IMG/VR virus record: IMGVR_UViG_3300021978_000180
Location: 1 to 39,583 of that record
Direction: 5' to 3' (one strand)
DNA from: a virus
Taxonomy: Duplodnaviria; Caudoviricetes
Length of the DNA stretch: 39,583 bases
Below, piece by piece: positions 28,023 through 37,070 of the stretch (its first letter is position 1; every line of letters begins with the position of its first letter). Below the pieces are notes generated by a model. It had not been told where the DNA came from. It made no database searches and was given only the letters and a program-made list of their open reading frames with translations. A program made the translations under genes and the position numbers.

Positions 28023-28265
28023 ATGTTTGTAAAACTAGGAGATGATTCTTATGTAAATTTGAACTATGTAAAAGAAATCTATCTAGTCGAGGAAGAAAGT
28101 TTATATTCCCAAAATCTAGGAAAATTTTGTTGGGTTTTTTCTATGGGTAAAGAAGACGGAAAAGTTTTAGAAGTAGAAAGTCAATATTTTGAAACCACAA
28201 AAGAGGCTTATAAATGGTTTGAAGAAAATATTAAACCTATTTTGGAAAAATTAAACAACCAGTAA
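28023..28265 (+). CDS. Hypothetical protein
   Basis: GGAGGT RBS; 80 aa. Confidence 0.6.
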   Translation: MFVKLGDDSYVNLNYVKEIYLVEEESLYSQNLGKFCWVFSMGKEDGKVLEVESQYFETTKEAYKWFEENIKPILEKLNNQ

Positions 28266-28303
28266 ACAAAAGAAAACAAATATCGTTTAGGAGGAAAAGT
28301 GAG

Positions 28304-28612
28304 ATGAACCTACAAGAATTTATCCAGCAAACATTAGAAACAGTAGAAATGCCACAGCCAGAAAAGGCAGTAAAGCTCTTATCATTTGCCTACATCCAAA
28401 AAGCAAACATAAAAAACAAAATACTACAAATAGAACTAGAAAACATAGACCCAGAAAGCAGAGCATCAATTGAAAAGCAACAGATGAAAATAGCAAAACA
28501 AAATGAAGAATACAAAGAATTACTTATGCAACTAGAACTATTAAGAGCAGGAATAAACGCATTAGAAATATTTTTAAAACTACATCAAAAAAATTTACAG
28601 GAGGTAATTTAA
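28304..28612 (+). CDS. Hypothetical coiled-coil protein
   Basis: GGAGG RBS; 102 aa. Confidence 0.6.
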   Translation: MNLQEFIQQTLETVEMPQPEKAVKLLSFAYIQKANIKNKILQIELENIDPESRASIEKQQMKIAKQNEEYKELLMQLELLRAGINALEIFLKLHQKNLQEVI

Positions 28613-28613
28613 A

Positions 28614-29594
28614 ATGGAAAAAGCAATTACAAAACCACAAAACCAAGCATTAGAAAGACAAGCACCTTTAACCACATTTCAGGATTTAGGACTTGAAAAC
28701 TGGACACCAGAAGACATAGTAATTCCAGTTTTACGGATTGTTCAGCCAACAAGTCAATGGGATGCAGATGCAGGCACATTTTTTGACGCTCAAACTGGAG
28801 AGGTTTTCAAAGAAATAGAAGTAGTATTCGTAAAATCCTCTTGGGGAAGAGTAAAATTCAAAGATGATATTTCAGAAAAAGGAATAGAATGTAAATCATC
28901 AGACAGAATATTTCCATCAGTAGAAAATCCGCCAGCCCCCGAGTGTAAAGCGTGCCTATATTCAAGATGGGGAGCTGACGGAGAGCCACCAGCGTGCAAA
29001 GAAACAATCAATAATATAATTTACCTTATACCAAAAGAAGCCAAAAGCCCATTAGACGGAGTGCCTTATCTATTTAGCGTTCACGGAGTTAATATAAAGC
29101 CTTTAAAACTAGCATTATCAAGCCTAATCACAAGAGGAAAACCAATATTTTCGAGAGTATTTAAGCTTACTTTAGAATTAACCAAAAACGAGAAAGGTAA
29201 ATTCTATGTAGTCAAATACACACCAGATAGATGGTTATCTCCAGAAATAATCAACGAATTTGCAAAAATCTCATCAAGCTATTCAAGAGAAACAATAGAC
29301 AAATCCCTAGAAAAAGCAGAAGAAGAATGGGCAGAAAATCAAGAACAAAAGCAAACACCAGCTGAAGAAGTAGCTCAAGAAATTCCACAAACACAGCAAG
29401 ATGCAGAGGAAGAATTAAGACAGGAACTAATTCAAAAACTTAGAACAGAAATTAAACAAAAAGGATTAATCCAGCAAGCAAAAACACTACTACAAACAAA
29501 ATACAAAAAACAAAAACTAGACCAGCTAACATTTGAAGAATTAAGTCAGTTTTCAGTAGAGCTAATGCAAAACGGCTGGTCAGACGAGATATAA
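28614..29594 (+). CDS. Putative phage ssDNA-binding or recombination protein
   Basis: DIVIPVLRIVQPTS, Cys cluster (CKSSD, CKAC, PPACK), KNEKGKFYV and acidic C-terminus. Confidence 0.5.
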   Translation: MEKAITKPQNQALERQAPLTTFQDLGLENWTPEDIVIPVLRIVQPTSQWDADAGTFFDAQTGEVFKEIEVVFVKSSWGRVKFKDDISEKGIECKSSDRIFPSVENPPAPECKACLYSRWGADGEPPACKETINNIIYLIPKEAKSPLDGVPYLFSVHGVNIKPLKLALSSLITRGKPIFSRVFKLTLELTKNEKGKFYVVKYTPDRWLSPEIINEFAKISSSYSRETIDKSLEKAEEEWAENQEQKQTPAEEVAQEIPQTQQDAEEELRQELIQKLRTEIKQKGLIQQAKTLLQTKYKKQKLDQLTFEELSQFSVELMQNGWSDEI

Positions 29595-29654
29595 GCAGTC
29601 CGAGCCTGACGGCTATCCTCCCATGTATCTTACCTCCCTTTAAGCCCTCCATAT

Positions 29655-29680
29655 CCCCCTCGAAAGAGGGGGGCTTTTTT
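29655..29680 (+). terminator. Intrinsic terminator ending the early operon
   Basis: CCCCCTC-GAAA-GAGGGGG followed by GCTTTTTT. Confidence 0.85.
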
Positions 29681-29681
29681 A

Positions 29682-29724
29682 TGTCCAACCTGTCCTAACA
29701 ATCTTAGTGTTTAAAAATTAACCT
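29682..29724 (+). promoter_or_regulatory. Putative late promoter, copy 8
   Basis: 17-bp motif (29682-29698), 20 nt, then TAACCT (29719-29724); directly after the terminator. Confidence 0.72.
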
Positions 29725-29756
29725 TTTATCAAAATAAAATTAGCGAGGTAAAAATA

Positions 29757-30314
29757 ATGGAACTTAATCTGGAGTATTATGGAGAGAATTATTCTTTCAG
29801 GTTTTCAAAGCCTTCAGAAAAAGACCTGAACGCATTTATAGAACTCAACAGAAAAGGCAAAACAGAAAAAGCCTCTCATCTTTTAATCTTTTCATCTGTT
29901 GATCCAAGAGATAGAGCAAAATTAAAAGATGCTCCACAGATAATAAAAGATAAAGTTGCCATAATAATAGGTCAGTATTTAGGGCTCACAGAAGAAGAAC
30001 CCTACATTGAAGATGAAAAGTTATTTATCCCAGTTTATGATCCAGATATAGAAATTGAAATGTTTGAACAGTTTTCTTTGAAAGAGTTCGATTATGAAAA
30101 AACAAAAGAAATACTCAAGAATGCCCGTGGTATAAAACTTATAGAAAAAATGAAAGAGGTGATATTGGACTCTGTAGAAGAATCACAAAAAATGAAAACA
30201 CTATTAGAAAACTATCCACTACTGACACTTAGGATATTCCCTGTTCTCGTAAAAACTGTTGAAGAAGAGGTAAAAGCCCAAATAAAAAAGTCAGAGAATA
30301 CGCCACAAGAATAG
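29757..30314 (+). CDS. Putative tail assembly chaperone (short form)
   Basis: Acidic 185 aa with A-AAA-AAG slippery site at 30284-30290 near the 3' end. Confidence 0.6.
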   Translation: MELNLEYYGENYSFRFSKPSEKDLNAFIELNRKGKTEKASHLLIFSSVDPRDRAKLKDAPQIIKDKVAIIIGQYLGLTEEEPYIEDEKLFIPVYDPDIEIEMFEQFSLKEFDYEKTKEILKNARGIKLIEKMKEVILDSVEESQKMKTLLENYPLLTLRIFPVLVKTVEEEVKAQIKKSENTPQE

Positions 30315-30454
30315 AAAGCGATGGACTTTTGTTTTTGGAAACACTAATAATGAAATACTTCAATAAAAAGCCATCCTCTTTTGAAGAATTAGAAGAGCTT
30401 GGAGGAATGGCTCTTTTCCTTTATAAAAAAGAATTTCCGCAGGTTGAAGAATGA
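30284..30454 (+). CDS. -1 frameshift extension of the tail assembly chaperone
   Basis: -1 frame is open for 56 codons (KKVREYATRIESDG...EFPQVEE) and its TGA overlaps the next ATG. Confidence 0.6.
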   Translation, partial: KKVREYATRIESDGLLFLETLIMKYFNKKPSSFEELEELGGMALFLYKKEFPQVEE

Positions 30455-31167
30455 TATATAAACCTAACTTCAAACTTATTGTTGGAGACAAAAAGGAAAC
30501 TCAAAATCTTCTGGAGTTTAAAATTTTCCAGTCTGCAAGATTCCATACTCAGTATTGTCAACTTAAAGTTTCCAAAATTGAAGCAAAATTAGATGACAGG
30601 GTGGAACTTTATCTTGGATATAAAAAGCTCTATCCAGTCTTTAAAGGTTATGTTACAGATATTTCAAACAAGAGAATTACATTTATAAAGGCGAAAGATG
30701 AATATATAAAACTCATAAACGAAAAAATTACAAAATCATTCAATAAAGTAACTCCCAAAGAAATAATAAGTTCTATTGTTAAACATAAGATAAAATTTAC
30801 GAAAAAATCATTTATCCAAAAACATCATTTCCCTATATGGAACGAATCTATAGACACAGCTCTAAGAAGAATCCAAAAAACATGGAATCTTAAAAACTTT
30901 ATCTGGTTTTTTGATATAGATGGAATATTTCATTTTCATGAATTTCAAAAAATATATGATTATCCTTTACATATAGACGAACAACTTATTAAAATTTTCA
31001 CACCAAGAAAAAACTATTCAGAAATTATCTTAACAAGACCTTTATTTGATATATATCCTCTTTATGGCATTAAAATATTAGGAAAAGATTACATAGTAGA
31101 AACCGTAATCCACACATATGAAAACCAAAAACTAACTACCACGCTTTATCTGTCCAACCTGTCCTAA
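30451..31167 (+). CDS. Putative baseplate hub / gpD-like tail protein
   Basis: VELYLGY...VFKGYVTDI and FDIDGIFHF patterns. Confidence 0.65.
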   Translation: MIYKPNFKLIVGDKKETQNLLEFKIFQSARFHTQYCQLKVSKIEAKLDDRVELYLGYKKLYPVFKGYVTDISNKRITFIKAKDEYIKLINEKITKSFNKVTPKEIISSIVKHKIKFTKKSFIQKHHFPIWNESIDTALRRIQKTWNLKNFIWFFDIDGIFHFHEFQKIYDYPLHIDEQLIKIFTPRKNYSEIILTRPLFDIYPLYGIKILGKDYIVETVIHTYENQKLTTTLYLSNLS

Positions 31168-31193
31168 CTTTTTCGCTTTTCACATTCTATCTT
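31151..31193 (+). promoter_or_regulatory. Putative late promoter, copy 9 (apparently leaderless; supplies the stop codon of the upstream gene)
   Basis: 17-bp motif (31151-31167), 20 nt, TATCTT (31188-31193), 6 nt, then ATG at 31200. Confidence 0.7.
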
Positions 31194-31199
31194 TTTTAC

Positions 31200-31688
31200 A
31201 TGATTAAAATGCCAAGTAGTCAAGAGATTTTAAATATGTTAGTAGCCGATTTCTCTCAGATTATCAATACGACAAAAGCTCATAAAGGATATGGACAACA
31301 TTCTATAGCTCCAGCACTTGCTATTGAGTTTGCAGGTCAAAATATAAAAAGGAACAGAAAAAGATGGAGAACTACTGAAACGGAGGCAGAAATAACAATC
31401 AGATACAAAATAGATGATATTATCTACACATTTGAGCTTAACGCTCAGATTTCAGAAAACCAGATAGACCTTTTAGACCAAATTGTTTCTTTTGTTTTGA
31501 ATAATCCATATAAAACAGATTCAAATGGAGAACAACTTGAGCTGTCTATAACCCCATTTGAATTCCAGGAAGAAACAGACAAACAAGGAATAAACAAATA
31601 TAGAACAGTTTTAACAGTAAAAGGTATATCAGTTTTAGACAAAAATTATCCCAAAATACCAGTTAATACGGAGGTTATATTCTCATGA
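31200..31688 (+). CDS. Putative tail terminator/completion protein
   Basis: 162 aa, two genes upstream of sheath; positional inference only. Confidence 0.45.
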   Translation: MIKMPSSQEILNMLVADFSQIINTTKAHKGYGQHSIAPALAIEFAGQNIKRNRKRWRTTETEAEITIRYKIDDIIYTFELNAQISENQIDLLDQIVSFVLNNPYKTDSNGEQLELSITPFEFQEETDKQGINKYRTVLTVKGISVLDKNYPKIPVNTEVIFS

Positions 31689-31981
31689 AAGCAAAAGAAA
31701 TTGCAGAAAAACTTTTAATTAAAAAAGCAAAGATAAAACAGGGAGATAAAGAAAGAGAAATCGTTCTAAAAAACAGAATGCACATTTTTGAAGGAATGAA
31801 AGTAGCTTTCAATATCAAGGATGATGATGAAATATCAGAAGGAAAATTCAAAGAAATGATGGATGCATTTCTTGAAAGTAAAAGTCATGAACTTCCCAAC
31901 TTATCAAAAAAATCTGAAGAAGTAGGTGAAGATATCGCCACAGGAGCATTAGTAACTAAAAGGAAAGGAGGCAATAAATAA
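31685..31981 (+). CDS. Hypothetical protein
   Basis: ATGA-coupled 98 aa ORF. Confidence 0.6.
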   Translation: MKAKEIAEKLLIKKAKIKQGDKEREIVLKNRMHIFEGMKVAFNIKDDDEISEGKFKEMMDAFLESKSHELPNLSKKSEEVGEDIATGALVTKRKGGNK

Positions 31982-33186
31982 TGATTAGGGTAGAAGGACA
32001 AAAATCAGCATTACCAGATGTTGATGTTCTTTTTTATGACGGGGCTCTTGGAAGAATCCCTGCTACAGGAGATGGCATAGCAATAGCAGTTGGTGTAAAA
32101 GACACTTCAGGAACTGCAACAGCAAATCAGGTTTATAGATTGTTTCTTCCGAATGATTATGAAAAGGCAATAGAGCTATTCGGTGGCACTTTTGCAGACA
32201 AGCTGCTTGATGCTGTTTCAAATGGGCAGGGAATAGTTTATGCAATCTCTGCAGCTTCAAACACATCTGCTGATATACTCACTGCAATAGAAGCGGCTGT
32301 CGATCAATCCCTTGTAAATGGAGATGCACTTTTTGAATACATAGCAGTTTTAACACCAGTAGATAAAACGCTTGCAACATCAATAGAATCTTATCTTTCT
32401 TCCCTCGTATCAAGACACATATATGTATGGGCAATTGTAGAAGCAAGAGATAAAAACCCAGATACCACAGTTGAACCGGATTACGATACTTATGTGACAA
32501 ACCTAATAAATGAATGGTCCGGTTTTAATGCTTTAAGAACTTTTGTTGTTGCTGCTTATGCAACTTTTACAAACATAAAAGGGAATCAGGGACACAGAAA
32601 TGGTCTTGGTTCTATAATGGGGCTTATTTCAAGAGCCAAAGTCTCTCAGGATATTGGGGAAGTTGGAGCATTTTCTATTAAAAATCTTGTTTCACTTCCA
32701 GATGGTCTTACCTATTCTCATATCTATACACTTGACCAGGCAGGATTTATAACTATCAGGACTTATGATGGGTATGCAGGATACTACGTGACAAATCCTG
32801 TTGCGATGAATGATCCAACTTCTGATTATCACTTTATGTATGCAAGAAGAGTAGCTGATAAAGCTGCAAAACTTTCCAGAAAAGCAGTAATGAAATATCT
32901 AAAAGGTGAAATACTTCCACCAAACAATCAGGATCCTTCAAATCCTGTGAAACCCACAAAGTCTCCAACTGTTCAGGAACTGAAGGCAAAAATAGAGCAT
33001 GCGTTAAAAGTAGGAATGTATGACCAAAAAGAACTTTATGGATACAGAGTATATATACCTGAAGGTCAAGATATCTGGGCATCCAGAGAACTAAATGTAT
33101 ACACAAAATTAATTCCAACACCACATATGGACTGGATTGAAATACATCAATCCTTTGAAAATCCACTTCTTGAAATAGGAGGTTAA
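31981..33186 (+). CDS. Tail sheath protein (DUF2586-like)
   Basis: LDQAGFITIRTYDGYAGYY, SDYHFMYARRVADKA and terminal ENP motifs; precedes tube. Confidence 0.82.
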   Translation: MIRVEGQKSALPDVDVLFYDGALGRIPATGDGIAIAVGVKDTSGTATANQVYRLFLPNDYEKAIELFGGTFADKLLDAVSNGQGIVYAISAASNTSADILTAIEAAVDQSLVNGDALFEYIAVLTPVDKTLATSIESYLSSLVSRHIYVWAIVEARDKNPDTTVEPDYDTYVTNLINEWSGFNALRTFVVAAYATFTNIKGNQGHRNGLGSIMGLISRAKVSQDIGEVGAFSIKNLVSLPDGLTYSHIYTLDQAGFITIRTYDGYAGYYVTNPVAMNDPTSDYHFMYARRVADKAAKLSRKAVMKYLKGEILPPNNQDPSNPVKPTKSPTVQELKAKIEHALKVGMYDQKELYGYRVYIPEGQDIWASRELNVYTKLIPTPHMDWIEIHQSFENPLLEIGG

Positions 33187-33192
33187 TGAGAA

Positions 33193-33645
33193 ATGGCTAA
33201 TGTATTAATTAATGGAAAAGAATACGACTGGAGTTCTGTTGAGATAGGAATAGACGATGCACCACAAGAATTGAAAGACCACATAATAGCAATTGATTAC
33301 GAAGATAAAGAAAACATAAAACCAAGATATGGCAGAGGGAACACACCTATCGGATGGACAAAAGGTAAATGGGAAGGCTCAGGGAAAATTACCTTAACAA
33401 GAACCGGATTCAACATTTTAATGGAGTGGGTAAGAACCCAGGGTAAACAGAGAGTTTCCCAGATAGCTCCTTTCCCTATAACTATTTCCTATCTTGATGA
33501 TGAGATGAATGTAACTGTAACTGATAAGCTACCATCAGTAAAAATGGACAATCCAAAAACAAAAGCAGCAGAAGGCGATGAAAAGGTTGATGTAGAAATA
33601 ACTCTAATTCTTTTACAACCAATTGAGTGGGGTGCTAAAGCATAA
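33193..33645 (+). CDS. Tail tube protein
   Basis: INGKEYDWSSVEI, YGRGNTPIG and PFPITISY; follows sheath. Confidence 0.82.
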   Translation: MANVLINGKEYDWSSVEIGIDDAPQELKDHIIAIDYEDKENIKPRYGRGNTPIGWTKGKWEGSGKITLTRTGFNILMEWVRTQGKQRVSQIAPFPITISYLDDEMNVTVTDKLPSVKMDNPKTKAAEGDEKVDVEITLILLQPIEWGAKA

Positions 33646-34310
33646 TGATTGCAAACTGGCTTTGGGAGATTTCTCCCACAAGCTTTAAAACAGGGAGCAA
33701 AGAAAAAACAGAAAGAGATGTTTATAAACTTTATCAGGTTTGGGAGCCTAATATTGAAAACTTTAGGCAGCATGCATTCAAGGTAAGAAGGCAGAGATTT
33801 CCTCAATTTGCAAATTCAAATGCTTTATATCTGCTTGGCAAAGAAAGAGGTTTTAACAGGTTTCAATCGGAAACAGATGAAGAATTTAAAAATAGGATAA
33901 TAAATGCAATATCTTGGTACGAAAAAGCTGGAACTGTAAAAGGGATTAAAGAAATTTTATCCCTTTATGGATTTGAAAATATAAAAATAATACCGGTTTT
34001 AAAAACAGACCCAAACAGATGGGCAGAGTTCAGGGTAGAAGCAGATATAAGAAATGGGGTATCTGAGGAAAAATTTTCACTCATTTCAGAACTCCTCCCA
34101 AAGATTAAGCCTACCCACGAAGTCTTAGAAAAATTGATTATCTACCTCACTTCCGATTTCAAACAAAACAGAGCAGCAGCTATGCTTTCTGGACACGATA
34201 TCACAATCTATCCATATCAGGTGAGAGAGCTGCAGCTTTTTGCAAAAGACTATATGGCTATTGGTTATCAATCTGTTTATACCACAACAGTTTATCCTCA
34301 AACACAATAG
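33645..34310 (+). CDS. Baseplate wedge protein (P2 gpI-like)
   Basis: GKERG...ETDEEFKNRI...GTVKGIKEIL...WAEFRV...KPTH. Confidence 0.78.
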   Translation: MIANWLWEISPTSFKTGSKEKTERDVYKLYQVWEPNIENFRQHAFKVRRQRFPQFANSNALYLLGKERGFNRFQSETDEEFKNRIINAISWYEKAGTVKGIKEILSLYGFENIKIIPVLKTDPNRWAEFRVEADIRNGVSEEKFSLISELLPKIKPTHEVLEKLIIYLTSDFKQNRAAAMLSGHDITIYPYQVRELQLFAKDYMAIGYQSVYTTTVYPQTQ

Positions 34311-34320
34311 GAGGCTATAA

Positions 34321-35688
34321 ATGGCAGTAAATGAGCAGTATTATACGATTTTGACATCATATGGGAAACAAGCACTTGCAAATGCACAGGCAAGCGGGAC
34401 AGCTGTCAACTTGGTGGAATTTGCTGTTGGAGATGGGAACGGCAGCTATTACGCACCAAATGAAACACAAACAGCTCTTAAAAATGAAGTTTATAGAGCT
34501 TCAATAAACAGAATTACAACAGACCCTGATAACCCAAACTGGATTGTAATTGAAGGGATAATTCCCGCAGACCAAGGAGGCTTCACTATCCGTGAGATAG
34601 GGATATTCGATGATCAAAACAATTTGGTTGCAATAGGAAACTATCCAGAAACATACAAGCCTGTTCTCAGTCAGGGTTCAGGCAATGATATGTATATCAG
34701 ATTCATAATGGAAGTTGAGAATGTAGACAGTGTTCAATTGAAAATAGATCCTGCAATTGTTCTTGCTTCTCGTAAATATGTGGATGATGAGATAACAGCT
34801 CACGATACAAGCTCAACAGCTCATGCAGATATAAGAACAGAAATAGACAACATAAAAAATGGAAATACAACTGTTGGAAATGCAGATAAACTTGATGGAT
34901 TTGATGCATCTGCTTTACAAAAAACATATTCAAAAATCACTGTAGAAACAACTTTTCCTACGTCTCCAAATTATGGAGACCTGATATGGCGACAAGATTT
35001 GTTGAAACTATATAAATATGAAAATGAATGGGTTGAAATTGATTGGCAATCTATAGTTAGATCTACCCCTGATTACCACTTTGGCAATCTTAGAATAAAT
35101 GCCGAGAAACTTGAGATAAGTCCAGATGGAATAAATTGGTATGAATGTATTCCTGCTGTAGGAGTTGATACAATAGAGATAGGAACAATAGATAATACAA
35201 ATTATCAATATCTATATTTTGTAGCACCGGGAACTCAAGTTATTATCAAAAATGCAAATCACATTCCTATTGTATATACTTCACGTACATCACCAATATA
35301 TCAAGGAATTTTCTACAGTTTACAAGCTGGTTTATTAGGTTCTTTGGGAGGACTATATCCGTCCAACATACAAATTAGCGATGGTTGGTTTATGTATTTG
35401 CATGCAAGCTCTACAGGTTCAACTGTAGCATCAAGTTTATCAAATCTAAACTATTTCCCAGTAATCGATACAGACCAAAATGGAGAAATGTGGGGGCAAT
35501 TCTCTATAAAGATAAGACCTGACTTAGTATGCCATTCAGAATTTTTAGGACAAGGTTCACAAGGAAATGTTCTTATAATGTCTGGAAAAGGAACTGCCTC
35601 ATCAGTATCTTACTGGCTTGGAACTTGGGTCAATTCAGATGGTACAAATATAGTAGTTGACAATTTATCCTTAGTAAGGAGGTCTTAA
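34321..35688 (+). CDS. Tail fibre protein (P2 gpH-like N-terminus)
   Basis: YYTILTSYG, FAVGDGNG, GGFTIREIG, NYPETYKP and IDPAIVLASRKYVD. Confidence 0.9.
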   Translation: MAVNEQYYTILTSYGKQALANAQASGTAVNLVEFAVGDGNGSYYAPNETQTALKNEVYRASINRITTDPDNPNWIVIEGIIPADQGGFTIREIGIFDDQNNLVAIGNYPETYKPVLSQGSGNDMYIRFIMEVENVDSVQLKIDPAIVLASRKYVDDEITAHDTSSTAHADIRTEIDNIKNGNTTVGNADKLDGFDASALQKTYSKITVETTFPTSPNYGDLIWRQDLLKLYKYENEWVEIDWQSIVRSTPDYHFGNLRINAEKLEISPDGINWYECIPAVGVDTIEIGTIDNTNYQYLYFVAPGTQVIIKNANHIPIVYTSRTSPIYQGIFYSLQAGLLGSLGGLYPSNIQISDGWFMYLHASSTGSTVASSLSNLNYFPVIDTDQNGEMWGQFSIKIRPDLVCHSEFLGQGSQGNVLIMSGKGTASSVSYWLGTWVNSDGTNIVVDNLSLVRRS

Positions 35689-35689
35689 A

Positions 35690-36148
35690 ATGGCTTATGC
35701 ATGGATCGAGAACAATAGAATATTCGTAAGTAAAAATAAACCCCCTATTGAAAATGTAAATATATTAGAGGTTCCAGACAATACTCTATCATTTTATTTA
35801 ACTATTGATAATAGAATTCTAAAATTTAAAACTCAAAATGAATTGCTAAGTGCAATTAAAATACAAAAGCAGGAAGAACTATTATCTCTCGAAAAGCGAA
35901 GAGTTAATGAAATTCTTGATAAATATAAATATTTATCACTTGGTGATTTACAGTTTTACGCAAATCAAAACGATACAGAAGCAAAAGCTCTACTTAATTG
36001 GTATTTAGCCTATGATAATCTCATCTGGTCATACATAGACAACGACCTTTCAGCATTTACAAGCGTTGACGAACTGCTTGCAGTAGATATGAAAAACATT
36101 GAAGAGCAGACATTCAATCAAGCTGTTCAAACAGCACCACTGCCGTGA
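35690..36148 (+). CDS. Putative tail fibre assembly chaperone
   Basis: 152 aa directly after the fibre gene; helical C-terminal half. Confidence 0.55.
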   Translation: MAYAWIENNRIFVSKNKPPIENVNILEVPDNTLSFYLTIDNRILKFKTQNELLSAIKIQKQEELLSLEKRRVNEILDKYKYLSLGDLQFYANQNDTEAKALLNWYLAYDNLIWSYIDNDLSAFTSVDELLAVDMKNIEEQTFNQAVQTAPLP

Positions 36149-36158
36149 GGTGAGGAAA

Positions 36159-36635
36159 ATGGCAAGTAGAAAATTAGAAGATTTACACCCAATAACACAA
36201 CAAAAAGCAAGGGAGTTTCTGAAATCGGCAGAGGAGCAAGGCATACAAATTTTAATCTACTGCACCTACAGAAGCCCAGAAGAGCAGGAAGTTTTATATA
36301 TGCAAGGCAGACTTGAGCAATTTGGAATAACACTTGAAGAGCTAAATGAGAAAAGATTAAAAATAGGCTTATGGAAGCTAACAGAAAAAGAAGCAAAAAG
36401 AAAAGTTACTAATGCCAGAGCTTGGCAATCTTTTCATCAATACGGATTTGCCTTTGACTGCGTTCCCTTGTCTGCAGGAAAACCAGACTGGAACAACAAA
36501 GAAGCCTATCAGACGCTCGGACAGATAGCAAAACAAGTAGGATTAGAATGGGCAGGAGAATGGAAAAGATTTCGTGAAATGCCCCACTTTCAAGACACAG
36601 ACACTTATACAAAAATCGTTAAAAGAGGCAAGTAA
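36159..36635 (+). CDS. Endolysin, M15 family peptidase
   Basis: TYRSPEEQEVLYMQGR, VTNARAWQSFHQYGFAFD and WAGEW...EMPHFQ. Confidence 0.92.
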   Translation: MASRKLEDLHPITQQKAREFLKSAEEQGIQILIYCTYRSPEEQEVLYMQGRLEQFGITLEELNEKRLKIGLWKLTEKEAKRKVTNARAWQSFHQYGFAFDCVPLSAGKPDWNNKEAYQTLGQIAKQVGLEWAGEWKRFREMPHFQDTDTYTKIVKRGK

Positions 36636-36636
36636 A

Positions 36637-37065
36637 ATGTTTAACCTCTTATCAATTATAGGTACCATTGTGGATAAAGTAGCAAACATTATAGACCAAA
36701 CAGTAGAAGATAAAGACTTGGCTGCACGAATAAAATCACAAATACAACTAACAATACTTACAAAAGAATATGAAAATATAAAAAAAGAATTAGAAGCTAA
36801 ACGAGATATTGTCGTTGCAGAAGCCACAGGGCACAGCTGGCTCCAAAGAAACTGGAGACCAATTACAATGTTAGTTTTTGTTTACATCATAGCACATAAT
36901 TTCATTATTGCTCCTTTATTCAACCTGAAATATCTTCCTATTCCTCCAGACATGTGGGAACTATTAAAGCTTGGAATGGGAGGATATATCATTGGAAGAA
37001 CAGTGGAGAAATCAGGACCCATAATCGTTGAGAAAATTTCTCAGGTATTCAAAAAAGGAGAATAA
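36637..37065 (+). CDS. Holin-like protein (3TM / gene-transfer-agent type)
   Basis: AEATGHSWLQRNWRP...MWELLKLGMGGYIIGRTVEK; follows endolysin. Confidence 0.85.
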   Translation: MFNLLSIIGTIVDKVANIIDQTVEDKDLAARIKSQIQLTILTKEYENIKKELEAKRDIVVAEATGHSWLQRNWRPITMLVFVYIIAHNFIIAPLFNLKYLPIPPDMWELLKLGMGGYIIGRTVEKSGPIIVEKISQVFKKGE

Positions 37066-37070
37066 GCAAT

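Noticed and set aside
34321-36148. Invertible tail-fibre segment or diversity-generating retroelement
   Set aside because: No invertase, reverse transcriptase, second fibre end or template repeat seen.
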